This document shows positions 26,199 to 39,415 of a stretch of 64,000 nucleotides of DNA, one piece after another (the stretch's first letter is position 1; every line of letters starts with the position of its first letter). Source of the DNA: Bispira polyomma (taxonomy: Eukaryota); assembly GCA_965649765.1 (NCBI GenBank), contig OZ287750.1:31682001-31746000 (forward strand), written 5' to 3'. A program made the translations under genes and the position numbers. The notes under the pieces were generated by a model. It worked only from the letters and a program-made list of their open reading frames with translations, ran no database searches and was not told the origin of the DNA.

Positions 26199-26920
26199 TA
26201 TAATAATAATAATAATATATATCAGACTTTTTTAGCGCTTATTTTCGTTGTAACGAATTCTAAGGCGCAAAAAAAACCACAGCCAGAGTTGAAAAACATA
26301 GGTGATAGACAGAAGCAAGTCGTCATCAATGCGTCAACCGAGAATGGGAAAGAGACTATGGAGGGAATGCATCATTGAACAGATAGGTCTTTAAACTGCG
26401 CCGGAAGGAATACAGGGACGGAGCTGTCCTAATGTGTTGAGGCAAACTATTCCATAGGGTAGGGGCATCATTTGCAAAACTTTTATCAAAGTGAACCTTT
26501 GACCTGTGTACTTTGGACTTATATTTTGGAACAAGAAGGAATCTATTTTTGGGAGCGGCTCTCCTGGTGTTGGCATTGCACTTGTAGTAACTCAAGTGTG
26601 GTTCAAAGTATTTAGGCAAACCTGAATCGAGAAACTTATATACCATTGTAGCAGTTTTAAAAACACACCGATACCTAACAGGGAGCCAGTGGAGTGACTT
26701 CAGAATCGGTGAAGCATTTGAAAGCTGAGCAGAACAACTGACCAGACATGCCAATGAGTTCTGGATGCATTGCAATTTCTTTAGGTCCTTTTTGGTCAAG
26801 CTGCGATACAGTGAATTGCAGTAGTCCAGTCTGCTACCAACCAGAGCATTTGCTGCAGTTATTGCAACCGATTTTGGAAGGTACCTCCTGATTCTCCTAA
26901 GGTTTCTGAGACTCATGAAG
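26199..26920 (-). mobile_element. 5'-truncated L2/CR1-group LINE (3' end)
   Basis: SRLDYCNSL...LHWLPV...PTLWNSLP...FRRSLKTYLF; L2-type 3' end GCGCCTTAGA...AAGCGCTA and an (ATT)n tail. Confidence 0.9.
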
Positions 26921-27238
26921 CATGGTTAGTTATTAATTATTCTGTAGCTACTGTGTTTTACAATTTAGATGTTATGAATTTTCCTGTGACTCCCAAACTA
27001 CAGCTAATACAAACTTCCTGATTTTTTTACAGGTACCTGAGACCATCAGTATTGGACACTTACCTCACTGGCATTGGTGGTAGATGGGCCAATAGAGTTT
27101 ACACTTGTCCTATAATACCCAATGGTTACCAGGCCTTGACCATAGTACATCTGGAAACGTTAAATGTAAGAGTTGCTGTGCGTGTTGAGGTATTTATTGG
27201 AAAAATAAAAAGACAATATTGAAATTAACATCACCTAA

Positions 27239-30200
27239 AGCCCCAGTCACACAGAGCCCACGACCGGGCTGCTGCGAGCTGAAAATCAAAGAAAAACCAC
27301 CGATCACTAGCAATTACCTTTAATTCTTTGTAAGATTTTTTTGTAGCAGTCACACATAATTTTAGCTTTTTGGGGTTGGTCACCGTTCACCTACCATCCT
27401 GGCGATGACCAACTTTCAATCCACGGCAGCTCTCTGGAGCTTGTAGCGATCCAAATCCAAATCAGCAGCAGGCCAAATCTTGGCAGTCAGAAGGCATCGT
27501 CAGCAGCAGCAGGCAGCTGGCCTAGCGATGCTGGTATACCTCAGGAGGAGGAGGAGGGCCAGGCAGTACTAGGTGAGGCCCTGGATTAGCAGGCGCCTGG
27601 AGTTTGGTGACTATGACAATCTTATGGTGGAGCTAGAGATAAAGTCACATGGTGATTTTCTAAACTCCCTCAGGATGGAACCAGCAATGGACCATGATTG
27701 GAACGATCCCCAAGTCATACCTGAAGACTGGAGGGATGAAGCTGTCTTCGCAAACTGCCAGAGTGTCAGGGGTCCCATGCAGTTTTCACGCAGGGCCAAG
27801 AAACAGAGGATTATTACAATAACTTTGGTGCTGTACCATGGCAGAGAGACATGCTTTCAGTGACTGTGACTATTTGTTATTATTTTTGTTACTGTTACAT
27901 TTGTTATTTGAAATCAAAGTGAATTGTTTATACAATAAATTGCTTCTGCACAGAGCTTCATTTCATTGTTTACATTGTCTTTGTTTAAACTGGTGTTCAA
28001 AGTGCTAAAACATTTTCTTAAATAAAGAAGCTTGACCATGACCACTTATAGAATAATTTTCAGCCTGCAACTGAGGGGATAGGACCCAGCCGCAGAGGAC
28101 CACCATAGAAAGTGTTTATCCTAAGCAATAGCCAGAGCCAGATTTAGATCTTGTCCAAGGATATTGTCCACCAATGGAAGTATGGACCTTAAGCTAACAA
28201 GTGTACCACAGGAGACCATAGGATACCATGACCTTGTGTGAATTTCAGATAATAAATGTTGTGCTATACTTTCTGTCTGACATATCATAACATTTATTAT
28301 CTGAATTATTGATCTTCAGGTAATGGGGACCTTGTGTTGTGTGAAACACAGATCCCCAGCAGAAATTGTAATAATAATGTGTGATCAATTCCACATTAAA
28401 AGTTTAATTCCAAAAGGTCCTTCTCAAAAAGGTCAAGTTAAAACCCAAGAGGTCATTCTCACTGAGGTCAAGTTAAAATCCAATGTATTCAAGATGTACA
28501 CCAAAGGTCAAGTTCAATTCCAAAATGTTGAACTCAATTCGAGAACCTTAAAGTTATACACCAAGGTGAAGTTCAAGTCAGAAAGTTTAAGTAGATTTTC
28601 TGAAGTTAAATTTTTGAAGTTAATAATTTATTTCAAGTTACAAAATCAGTAAGTAACAACAAAAGAATTTATTTAACAAAATAACATCCAATTAAATATT
28701 CACTTAAAAATTATACACATGTATAGGTTATACATTCAATAGTCCACAACAAAGTGTCCACCCAAACAGTCTAGTCAGGAATGCCACAATATCACAGTTC
28801 CCACTCACCCATCCCCCTCCCCCACACACACCCCAACAAGATAACAGTCCCACCAACGCTGTCTAACTACTGCTGTGCGTGACCCCAGTATTTGTCACCC
28901 TGTATGATGTAAGTTGTCACAACATCTCCAGCGGGGGCGTCAGTCGTTTGGGTGGTCTAAGGATTACATTATGACAGAGCGCCATGTGTAGGCAGCATGT
29001 GTAGAAAACTCTCTCAACAAGTGGAAAATTTGGATGTTTTTAGTGTATCTGGATCTGTACAAATTACATGTGTAGTGCAAATAGTAGCAAATAGGATTGT
29101 CATCAAAAGAAAATTTGCTGTAAATTGTGATTAGTAGTGACAACTAACGATGTGTTTATGTGGATATTCTTGCTAATTTTTCAAACTTGTTGACTTGAAA
29201 ATGCCCTTTAGTGTCAAGGTCATTACGCTTTTGATCAGCTGTTGTGTAGAAATGTGTGTATCAAGTGGTAATTGGGATAATTCACAAATGTCTCAACACA
29301 CAAGAAATGACCTCATAACAATAAGAGGTATTAGCTCAGCAACTAGGATACATCAGGATATAACTAGTACTATAAAAAGCCTGGGGTTAAATGCTAAATC
29401 GACAAGACGTGGCAAAAGAGGAGGAGTAAAGAGGCAACACCAACTGAAAAGACCTAGTGTTAGTGAAAGCAATCTGATATACATTAGATGTGAACCAGTC
29501 CCCCCACCCCTTTCTCTGACATATGTGTGTTTGTTAAATGCACAATCAGCCAGGAATAAAGTGAGTGTGCTGACAGATTATATCATTGGAAACAAGCTTG
29601 ATATAACTGTACTTACTGAAACATGGCTAAGGGATGAGGACAATGCAATGACTAAGGATTTAGCTCCTGATGGTTTCAACACTTATAGTGTCCATAGGAA
29701 ACTTAAATCTGGTGGAGGTGTTGCAGTTATATACAATGATGCCTTAGTTTTTAAGCCCAATGATCAAAGACAGTTTGACTCATTTGAATACATCCTGAGT
29801 TCAATTAGTAAAAACACAAAGAGTCTAACACTTGTAGTGGTGTATAAGCCACCTGGTTCAAACTCTTATCCCATGGGAGTGTTTTTTCACGACTTTTGTG
29901 AACTACTAGACATCATCTGTCCAGAAAAGGAGCAGTTGCTTATACTAGGTGACTTTAAAATCCACTATGACAAAATCAATGATAACAACCGCCGACATCT
30001 TGATGAGATATTGGACACATATGACTTAGTTCAACATGTACAAGGTCCCACCCACCAATCTGGCCATACTTTAGATCTGATTATTACAAGGAAGGATGAT
30101 GGACTAATTTCATCCACTCCTGTAGATGATCTCTACATCTCAGACCATGTGTCACTCATCTTTGATATTCAGCTCTCTAAACCTCTTCCTGAAAAGAAAA

Positions 30201-33200
30201 GAGTATCTTACAGAAAAATTAACAGCATTGACATTGACCTTTTTAGACAGGACATACAGGCATCTGAAGTTATCACTAAACCTACCAATGATCTGGATCT
30301 ACTTGTTGATCAATAAAATCAGTGTTTATCTAACATTTTGGACAATCATGCACCTCTTATTGACCGCTTTATAAGAAGTAAGCCAAAACAACCATGGAAC
30401 TGTGACCAAATAAAGATTGAAAAGTGGAATCTCAGAAAACTTGAAAGGGCATGGAGAAAGTCTCAAAATAAAACAGACAGAGATTCATTCAAGGCTCAGC
30501 GAAACAAGGTTAATGCCCTCATAAGATCTGCCAAATCAGAGTATTTCAGCACCTACATAGACTCTCACAAAGGCAACCATCGGGCCCTTTTCAAGACAGT
30601 TGCCAAACTTACTCACTCTAAGGCTCCTCAACTCTTGTCACCGCACAGTAACAAACAGGATCTGGTGAATAGCTTCAGTGGTTTCTTTGTTGAAAAGATT
30701 GATAATATAAGGAAGAATTTTTTGGACTGTAGACAAACGAAGGGAGGGGACTGGAGCATCTACCGCTCAGTTTACACAGTTCCGGACATTGTCTCAGGAT
30801 GAGGTAGCTGAACTCATTACTAGAGCCCCATCCAAATCCTGCTCTTTGGATCCTATTCCTACTTGTCTTTTGAAGCATTGCCTGTCTGATCTTCTACCCT
30901 GCATAACTAACATAATAAATATGTCTCTGCAAACTGGAAAATGCCTGAGTTTTTCAAACAAGCTGTTGTCACACCAATTCTCAAGAAAGAAGGGGCTGAT
31001 CCTGTGTTCAAAAACTTTCGCCCAATTTCAAACCTACCTTTTCTCTCAAAGCTCGTAGAAAAGGTTGTATGCCAACAACTTTCAAAATACAGAGATTCAA
31101 ATAGCCTAAATGAACCTTATCAATCCGCATACAGACCCTGTCACTCCACTGAACCAGCAGTATTGAAGGTGGTAAATGATATTCTGCTTGAACTGGATAA
31201 CAAGAAGGTTGTTCTGTTAACACTTCTTGATCTCTCAGCCTTCGACACGGTTGATCATAAAATCCTCTTAAATAGACATGTATGGTATACAAGGCACAGC
31301 TCAGCGTTGGTTTCACTCATACCTGGATAAGAGAAGTCAAAGTGTAGTGATAGATGGTGCTAAATCTGAAACACATACTTTGAAGTATAGTGTACCTCAA
31401 GGGTCAGTCATGGGACCTGACCTCTACTGCAAGTATACCAAGCCAGTGGCTGGAATTATAGGACAACATCTCATTAAATATCACCTTTATGCTGATGACT
31501 CACAACTCTATACATCCCTCAGTCCCAAAATAGACAATCAAGCCGATATAGTATGTAATCTTGAAAACTGTATTGATGCTATTAGCAAGTGGATGAGCAA
31601 CAACAAGTTGAAATTAAACCAGGATAAAATTGAATTTATACTACTCGGCAATTCCATCTACCGAAGTAAAATGTCAATCAACTCCATAAAAGTGAGTGAG
31701 TCTCTCATCAGTTCAAGTAAATATGTCAGGAATCTAGGAGTGTTTATTGACCAAGACCTCAATATGAAAAAGCAAGTCAGTCAACTTTGCAGATCCTGTT
31801 ACTTTCAGCTGAGGAACATTAGATACATTAGATCAAATCTCTCAATGGATGCAGCCAAAACAGTGGTTCAAGCCCTTGTCATGTCAAAATTAGACTATTG
31901 TAATAGTATTCTCTTTGGCATATCAAAAACACTATTAGATAAACTGCAAAGAGTTCAAAATTGTGCAGCTAGACTTGTGTTAGATTCAAATATGGAGCAC
32001 AGAAGTTCACTTGAATGCTTGAGAACACTGCATTGGTTACCTGTCAAATACCGGATTCAATACAAAATTGTTCTCTTGGTGTTTAAATCAATCAGAGGAT
32101 TGGAACCTCCCTATATCCAAGATCTGCTGCTTCCACACAAAAGCACACGACTACTGCAGTCTTCAAGTGAACACTTGCTAACAGTTTCTAAGGCAAAGTT
32201 AAAAACCTTTAGAGATCGGGCATTTTCTGTTTGTGGACCTAAACTATGGAATACTCTACCAAAGCATCTGAAAACCTGTACAGCAGTCAGTGTTTTTAAA
32301 AAGAAACTAAAAACTCACTTTTTCAGTTGTGCTTTTGAACATTAATTTATAATTGATGCTGTTAAGCGCATTGATTACTTTGTGTAGATTTTGCGCTATA
32401 GAAGAACTTTTATTATTATTATTATTAAGGTGTGCGTTGTCCCTGCATACTGTCCAGCATGGTCAACAGGTCCGAGAGACCTTTTACAAAGCAGTTTGTG
32501 AAAGGTTCATCTGTTGTTGTGGTGTTGGTGGTGACCAGACACCAGGTGGTGTAAAGGAGGACGACCCTGAAGCTTTGCCAGACGGAGCAGAGGTAGGCCG
32601 CAAAAGTGGCTGAGAGAAGACTGTTTGTGGTATTATCTGTGGTGGTACTGGTGGTTGGTTGGCCATCTTGTAGCTTATCATGGACTGGAATGTCTGCTGG
32701 TCAGTGTTGATTCTTTTACCTTTTAAAAAATACAAGGACAACTGTTAAATATAATGGTAAGTATTTGGGCAAGTATTTGGGTATATACAAAATAACCCCT
32801 GTCACAGCAATAACTGTGGCCTGTAAACAAAATGTTTTAATAAATGATAACTGGTAACATAACATAACATAACTGGTCAATCCAACTCTAATGTTGACCT
32901 AAAACATATGCAGTTACAGTTGTAATTAACATTCCATTAAAACACTTTACTGACAGTAATTTAGCTTGAGTAAGCTGGTCAGGGTTAAGTTGAGTGTTTC
33001 CAGTGGCAAAAGTGGCAGTGCTTCCAGCGGCAATAGTGCCAGTGCTTCCAGTGGTAAAAACGATGTCAGGTGTGACTGTGCCTTCTGGTACAGTGGTGGC
33101 AGCAGTCTCAGATGTGTCAGTGGCTTTAGCAATAGATATCACAGCCCCCACTAACTCAGTTTCATCCTGAAACAGGGGTTCCTGTGTGAGAAAAACATCC

Positions 33201-34067
33201 TCGATGTCTCCCTTCTTCTTTCCCCTCCTTCTGGCATTTCTTGGTAACAACTTTAAGAGTCAATTTTAAATGTTAATAAATGTTTATATGCACTTCAAGA
33301 ACTAAAACGCAGTAGTAGAAACCTCCGCACCAAAAAAGAAATACCAAAGACCTCATTGAAACTGATCGCCGAATACTAAAGAGCACCTATTTATACCCTG
33401 TAGGACCTGTTGCCGATCACTCTTTATTTGCTCTTTAGTTAGTCTGCGAGAAGTTTCCGATTGGTCGGGGTCCTGGGGAAGGGGATTTTAAAACAAGAGA
33501 AGAGCGTTCTCCAATAATTTGATTGGACGGCGATATGTGGTGAGAGCACTCGGTCAGGGACTTTCTATTGATGTGTCACATGTCGGCGACAGGTGGTGAG
33601 ATCGCTCTGGGATTGTTTGTACAACTGATTAGGGATTAGTCGTCACCCTGCTGAGATCACTAAAGATTGGTTTTTAGATCAACAACTGATCTTCAGACTG
33701 ATCAGAGACAGATGTTAGATAGGTTCCAGATTAAAAATATCAAAGACCTGATAAAGACAAACAAAAGCTTATGAAAAATTGTGGCACAGAGGTGGCACAT
33801 TCTAGGGAACCGTTCGCAGATCAGTGGGAGATCAAACAAAGACCTCCAGCAACCTTTTGAATTGTAGAGAGGAACAACTTGGAAGTCAGGTAACCTCTCT
33901 ACAAGCGAAACTATTTTAAGATCAACAAGGATCTAGTGGAAACTCCGGCAACCTCTAAGGATCGAACGCAAGAGAGTTTAAAGATTACAAAAGACTTCCA
34001 GCAACCTAACACATTTTTAGGTCGCAGCAGCTCTCTAACCGGTCGTGGGCGCTGTGTGACTGGGGCT
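27239..34067. mobile_element. PIF/Harbinger transposon (internally deleted) carrying an L2 insertion
   Basis: ~30-bp TIRs AGCCCCAGTCACACAG(A/C)GCCCACGACCGG at both ends, flanked by TAA/TTA. Transposase N- and C-terminal remnants are fused at 27573-27863 (RPWISRRLEFGDYDNLMVEL...LRM; IPEDWRD...AKKQR). Opposite-strand partner gene remnant at 33250-~28800. Confidence 0.88.
28963..32425 (+). mobile_element. Near full-length L2/Crack-group LINE (APE endonuclease + RT), disrupted
   Basis: ORF pieces 29195-32345: LLNAQS...LTETWL, GGGVA, LGDF, TLDL, SDH (endonuclease); VPQGSVMGP, YADDSQLY (RT). One stop (30314) and about three frameshifts; (TTA)n tail; possible TAAGG TSD at 28958-28962 and 32426-32430. 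Confidence 0.92.
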
Positions 34068-35013
34068 TTAGTTACTTTGTTTTACTGAGCAATCTAAAAG
34101 TGTTTCTTAAGTTAAGGTTACCTTTTGTGACCAAGTCATTTTTAATTTTAAGGTCACCTTTTGTGACCCTTCGTTTATGTATAAAGTTTAAAAAAACAGC
34201 TTTAATAAAGAATCATCTTAGTGATCATTAGTTCTTACTGTAACAATGATATGTATAAATTGCAGTTTAAAGGTTTACTAAAGTTGTAAATGAACCAATT
34301 TTCCTTGATCTTTTTCTACCTGTCTTTACCACTGTATTTTATGTCAAGTTTTTGTTTTGCTGGATATTAAGTAGTGACACTTTATTCACATTAAAACATT
34401 TCGAAAATATTTATAAAACACTAGCGGGTATATTCTTTAATAATATAATTCTGTGTTTTTTACAGAAAAAATAGATTCAAAGAAAACTACAGAAACGTGA
34501 TGCTTTGAGGAAAGGCCAATGTAAGCAGAAAATTAATTGAGCTGGCTTTCAATATTCTCCCCTTTTCTTCTCAATTGTATATTAATCAACATACCACTTC
34601 ATCGCATTGATATTTTTAATTGAAGTTTGTAATGTCAACCTGGTTTATTGTAGAATCACACAATGCCACAAAGCTGCACCTGTGATTTGCTGCACTGTTA
34701 AATGTGTCAATTGAGTTATTTTTAAATAGGAAGTTGTAAATTTTTAAATAGGCCATGAGGAAGTTGTAAAAGACAGTAAACTAAAATATATTGCAGACTG
34801 TAAACTGTGGTTTCTATAATTTAAAATATCTGAGATTACATGGTCTATTTTTGTATTGCCTGGACAAATTACGTCCGCATTACGTGCAGTATGTAATCAA
34901 TATGCATTAGTTCTCTGATCCCAGATACCCCAAGTCAGTGAAAGATGATAACTGCTTTTCATAATTTTATTAGTACTTTCTGCATTCTATAACAACTAAA
35001 AATTCGTTATATT

Positions 35014-35420
35014 CTACAAGAGAAGATGTTTAACCTCACCCTGAAAATCAAATACAACCCCTTTTGTTCCATTGTACTTGGGCAAAAACTTGAGAAGCCA
35101 CTTCATATTCTTAACACATTCAGTGTCAAAATGGACTATATCTTCATTGTGTGCATTACGCAGTATTCCAGAAGTTTGTTGATAAACCACCTGGACTGAC
35201 ATACACATTTATGAATGAAATAAAGTTGTCCCAAGAGACTGAAAATCCCTCTTTCTGACCAGAGGTTTTTAGAGAACACATGTTCAAGATCTCCATAAGC
35301 TTTTCCTTAGAGTGGACGTTGTGGTATCCTCAATGATGCCCAACCAATTCATACCAGTTGATGGGGTTCCAATATTAAAATGGGTAAATCCAATTTTGTA
35401 ATAAATCGATCAAAAACGTG
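35014..35420 (-). pseudogene. Old fragment of an Ngaro-like RT/RNaseH region
   Basis: RKRDFQSL and HFDTECVKNMKWLLKFLPKYNG resemble KRELQSLLG and ITPEFRRDLNWFTTFAEHFNG of element A pol. Confidence 0.55.
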
Positions 35421-37044
35421 TGCAAGGTCATACTGTGTGATGGTAATTTGATGCCCTGCGTATGCAGGATGTATCTTATTGCGTCTGTGACGCGTATACA
35501 GGCCAAGGCCCCTGCTCTTACGCCAAATAGCAGTGACGTGTCAATATAAGTGGGGTTGTAAGTCGTCTACAGGATTTAACTGAAGCCCTGTATGACCAGC
35601 TCAAGCCCACTCTAACATATACATTATCTGAATCTGGTATAAAATGTGAAAAATGGTGAACCATGGACATCCGTCGTGGGATGTTTTTTATAAGGCCCCA
35701 CAATTGCCTTAAATGTTCATGACAGAAGGCACCGGTGTTCTTTTTTTAAAGAATTAGGCACTAAAATTAAAATGTGGTAGTTTCCAAGGCCAGTGTCACT
35801 CTGGCCACTAATAGAAAGGTAACCTTTTACTTACCTGTGTTTTAACTAAGAAAGCGGAATGAACCCAAACACTGCATTGGATTGTTTTGAGCACTGTACA
35901 AAATCCTAATTAGAAAAATCGATGGTATCTTTCAAGCTCTCCTCTACATAGTTTAAGTTCAACTTTAAGTTGGCACACTTTTTTTTCCTCAGAACTGAAT
36001 GACATGCTTGATTAATGGGGGCGGAAATTCCCCTTGAATGTCACATTGAGTTTTAGTTTGTAAGTGGTTCCCCCAGAGTTTGACAGAAGTCCACGTTAGT
36101 GGAGCTATTTGACTTTATTATTTCCCCTTTTCTAATGTTACTGGGTACATTTGCAACACTCATATTAGAAATACCACTCTTTTTTCCCTACTATTTAGTT
36201 CACCTGCATAAACATTGACGATCACTTTTTTCCTTACAACCCTTTTCAAGTGAAGGAGCACTATTTGCTTCTACTTGTTTGACATTACTTTGACTAACAA
36301 ACTTAGTAAACTTATGCTTAGAAAGGTGCTCGTGAGCCCCTATGTCCAATTTTTTAGAACACTTTGTTTTGCTTTGTTATGAAACTTGTTGCTGAGATGG
36401 GCGTTTTGATTACCATGAGAAAAACTAACCTGACAGATATGTTAAAGCAACAAATTTACATATTCGAGATCAGCTGTTTTGTGAGCAAGTACTGTTATAC
36501 ACTTTACACGGTACCATTTTTTTCTTGGTTACATTTGTTTGTTTGGCCATTTTGGACATGTGCCTTTGGGCAAAAGTTCTAAATGCCTGTTTTCCATGCA
36601 GCACAAAAGTACCGCATGGGAACCTTTAGCCGCCTCCCAGCTAAAGTCGATTGCATCTATATCATGCAAGTATTGCAACATATTTTAAAGTGTGGTAGGG
36701 TCTTTTTGTTCTAAAAAGAAGGCGGAAAAATCTACTAACCATTGCCCAAGAGTCAGACCGTCATAGGCCACTTAGTCTCTATTTTTTCCAACCAAGCAAA
36801 ACTCTTGTGGCCACTTGACCACAGCTTTTACATGGACATCTTACTTTGGGCCACTTAGACCAATTTTTGTTTTTTATTGACAATTGTCTGATTCTGGTGT
36901 TGATCGTCCAAAGCATATAGCCCGAGGATGTAATTGGTTTCTGTAATGTGTACACAGCCAGGGGCGTAGCTAGTGTAGAAGCCAGTACCCCCAGGCATAC
37001 CAATTGAATGACATAATTTGTGTCTGTGGTGTGTACACAGCCAG

Positions 37045-39180
37045 CATTGCTGTTACACTGCTTTCCCAGCTGTATTTGTTTGTGACGAACCTCGCTGCTC
37101 ATCTCTGGACTTTTTCTATTAGCTGGATGTCTTTGGCTAAGTGTGGATCCCATATGGCACAGCAGTAGTCTGAAACTGACCTCACTAGGGTGATGTAAGC
37201 GAGTTCTTTCAGTTCTGACGGACACTGTTTTAGGTTTCGTTGTAGAAATCCTGGGGTTTGGTGAGCCTTTCCTGTGATATTTTTTGATGTGGTGAGACCA
37301 TTTCAGGCCTTCACTAAGCAGGACACCGAGGTAGGCATTTGTGGGAACTAGCTCTAGGGTGTGACCACTTAGTGTGTACATCGAGGTTAGTGGTTTCTTT
37401 GAGGTTGCAATACGGAGTAGATAGTATTTTTGCGCATTGAACTGCGCATACCCCATTCCTCTCCCCATATTTGTAGAGCATGCAGGTCTTTCTGGAGAAT
37501 GGTTTGGGCTTTAGAGGATTTGATATCGCAGTATAATAGGCAATCATCTGCAAACATGCACACAGTTGAGTTTACATGAAGTGGAAGGTCATTTATGAAT
37601 GTCAGGAACAAGAGCGGTCTAAGCACAGTGCCTTAAGGCACACCAGATTCTACTTGCACAGATTCTGAGCTGTCACCGTCTATAACTACACACTAGTATC
37701 TTGTAGTTAGGAATGTCCTGATCCAGTGGTTTATAGGTCCTCTTATTCCATAATGGTCCAATTTGGTTAGAAGTCTTTTATGCGGTACTGTATCAAATGC
37801 TTTGCTGAAGTCTAATACAGCAGCATCAACTTAGTGTTTATGGTCGTATAACTGGAGGAGGTCGTTACAGGTAAGAAGTAGTTGAGAGGCACACGAATGA
37901 CCCTCCTTGGTCATATGTTGGTCAAAGTGGTTCAGGATGTGTTTTTTGATGATATGTTCGAGTAGTTTACATGACACACATGTGAGTGATACCGCTCTAT
38001 AATTCACTGCCTCATGACGGCTTCCTTTTTTGAATATTGGTGCTATGTTGGCATTTAACCAATTAGTTGGCAAATCACCAGTATCCAATCATTGTCTAAA
38101 AATTGTTGATATTATGGGTACTATTTGTTCAGCACAGTTTTTTGAGGATGTGGTTTGATAGGTTGTCTGGTCCAGAGGCTTTGGAAGTGTCAAGTGTACT
38201 TAAAAGATTTCTGACCCCTTGTGTGTTGATGGTTAAGTGACCTATTGTTTGTTGTTTAGGTCCAAGGATGTTAAGAATTTTTTGTGGATTGATCTTTAGT
38301 GAATACTGATCGAAACTGTTCATTTAATAGTCGTGCCTTGTTATAACTGTCACTATACAGGGTGCCTTGTTGTTTAATTGAAGCTACACCTATACTGTCT
38401 TGTTTCTTGGATTTGATGTATTTCCAGAATGTTTTACTGTTCTTCTTGTTGAGGCTATCTTTCAATGATTGCTCAACATAGTTCCAGTGTGCTTTTTTGA
38501 TTGCATCTTGTGTTGTTTTCGTGTGTGATTTGAAGACATTCCAATCATTTTGGTTGTTTGATTTCTTGGCTTTGTTGTGCAGTCGATGTTTCTTTTTCTC
38601 TTCGCTTGGTGACGATACTGAATCTCTAAGAGAGGCTAGCATACTGAATGAATTACTTAAGTTGAGTTCGTATGAGTGAAATAATGTACCACTGTAGTTA
38701 TGAGTGTCATATTTTACACATATCCAGGATACAGATGTATTCTGCAGTCTATCAAATGAACTGCTGCAGATTTCAATGCATGATTTGTGATACCATATGT
38801 CACAATCGTCACACCATACTGCTCTGTCAGACCAGTTTACAGAATTTTCACAAAATCCGCAGGGGTAGATAGTAGGTTCTGGCCTTGGGTTGGTGGAGAT
38901 ATCTCCATTTAAGATCAGCAGTAAAAAACTGAGTGAGGTTGATGGTCTATTTTCTGTGATGTGGATTTGCAGGGCAAAATTTAGTTTTGAGTTGGTAAGT
39001 TGAAGTGTCCATAGTGCTGCGAGATGGTTTGGGTATATGGACCCTTTTGGTGTATAACATGTTGTGCTAGTTTTGTATATTGCGAGTAGCAGTATGATTA
39101 CAACGATGGTGTTCATGTTGATTTTTGGGGGCAGTGGCAGTTGATGAAGTTACTCCTCCATGGCGGCCATCTTTGATTTG
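37045..39180 (-). mobile_element. Decayed LINE (RTE-X/CR1-like) with PHD finger; endonuclease domain deleted
   Basis: PHD CGFC...CDDCDIWYHKSC; RT motifs KASGPD, NYRAVSLTCVSCKLLEH, LDFSKAFDTV and FADDCLLY in shifted frames; YY1-like AAGATGGCCGCC at the 5' end. Confidence 0.85.
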
Positions 39181-39252
39181 GTAGCTAATGTAAATAATAT
39201 TCCATAAGCGGTCATATGTGGCTTATGGTTGTAGATTTCCACTGATTTCCTT

Positions 39253-39415
39253 TGTAACATATATTACTATACTAAATGACGAAGACGTTGCCTGAAGATA
39301 TTATTCAATAAGTCTCTTTTATTGAATATTAACAAGAGTTTTTATATTTATTTTGAAAACACGTCCTGTCATCCGCGCATGCACACCACACCGCTACAAC
39401 GTCAGTTGTACAACG
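39253..39415 (-). mobile_element. Possible 3' LTR with upstream polypurine tract
   Basis: On the minus strand GGAGGGATGGGCA precedes (C/T)GTTGTAC...AATAAA...GTTACA. The adjacent 39420-40110 region is coding-like but unassigned. Confidence 0.4.

Noticed and set aside
28400-28620. AAGGTCAAG repeats as a nuclear-receptor enhancer, or the 109-aa ORF
   Set aside because: Degenerate short-period repeat inside a transposon; nothing supports function.
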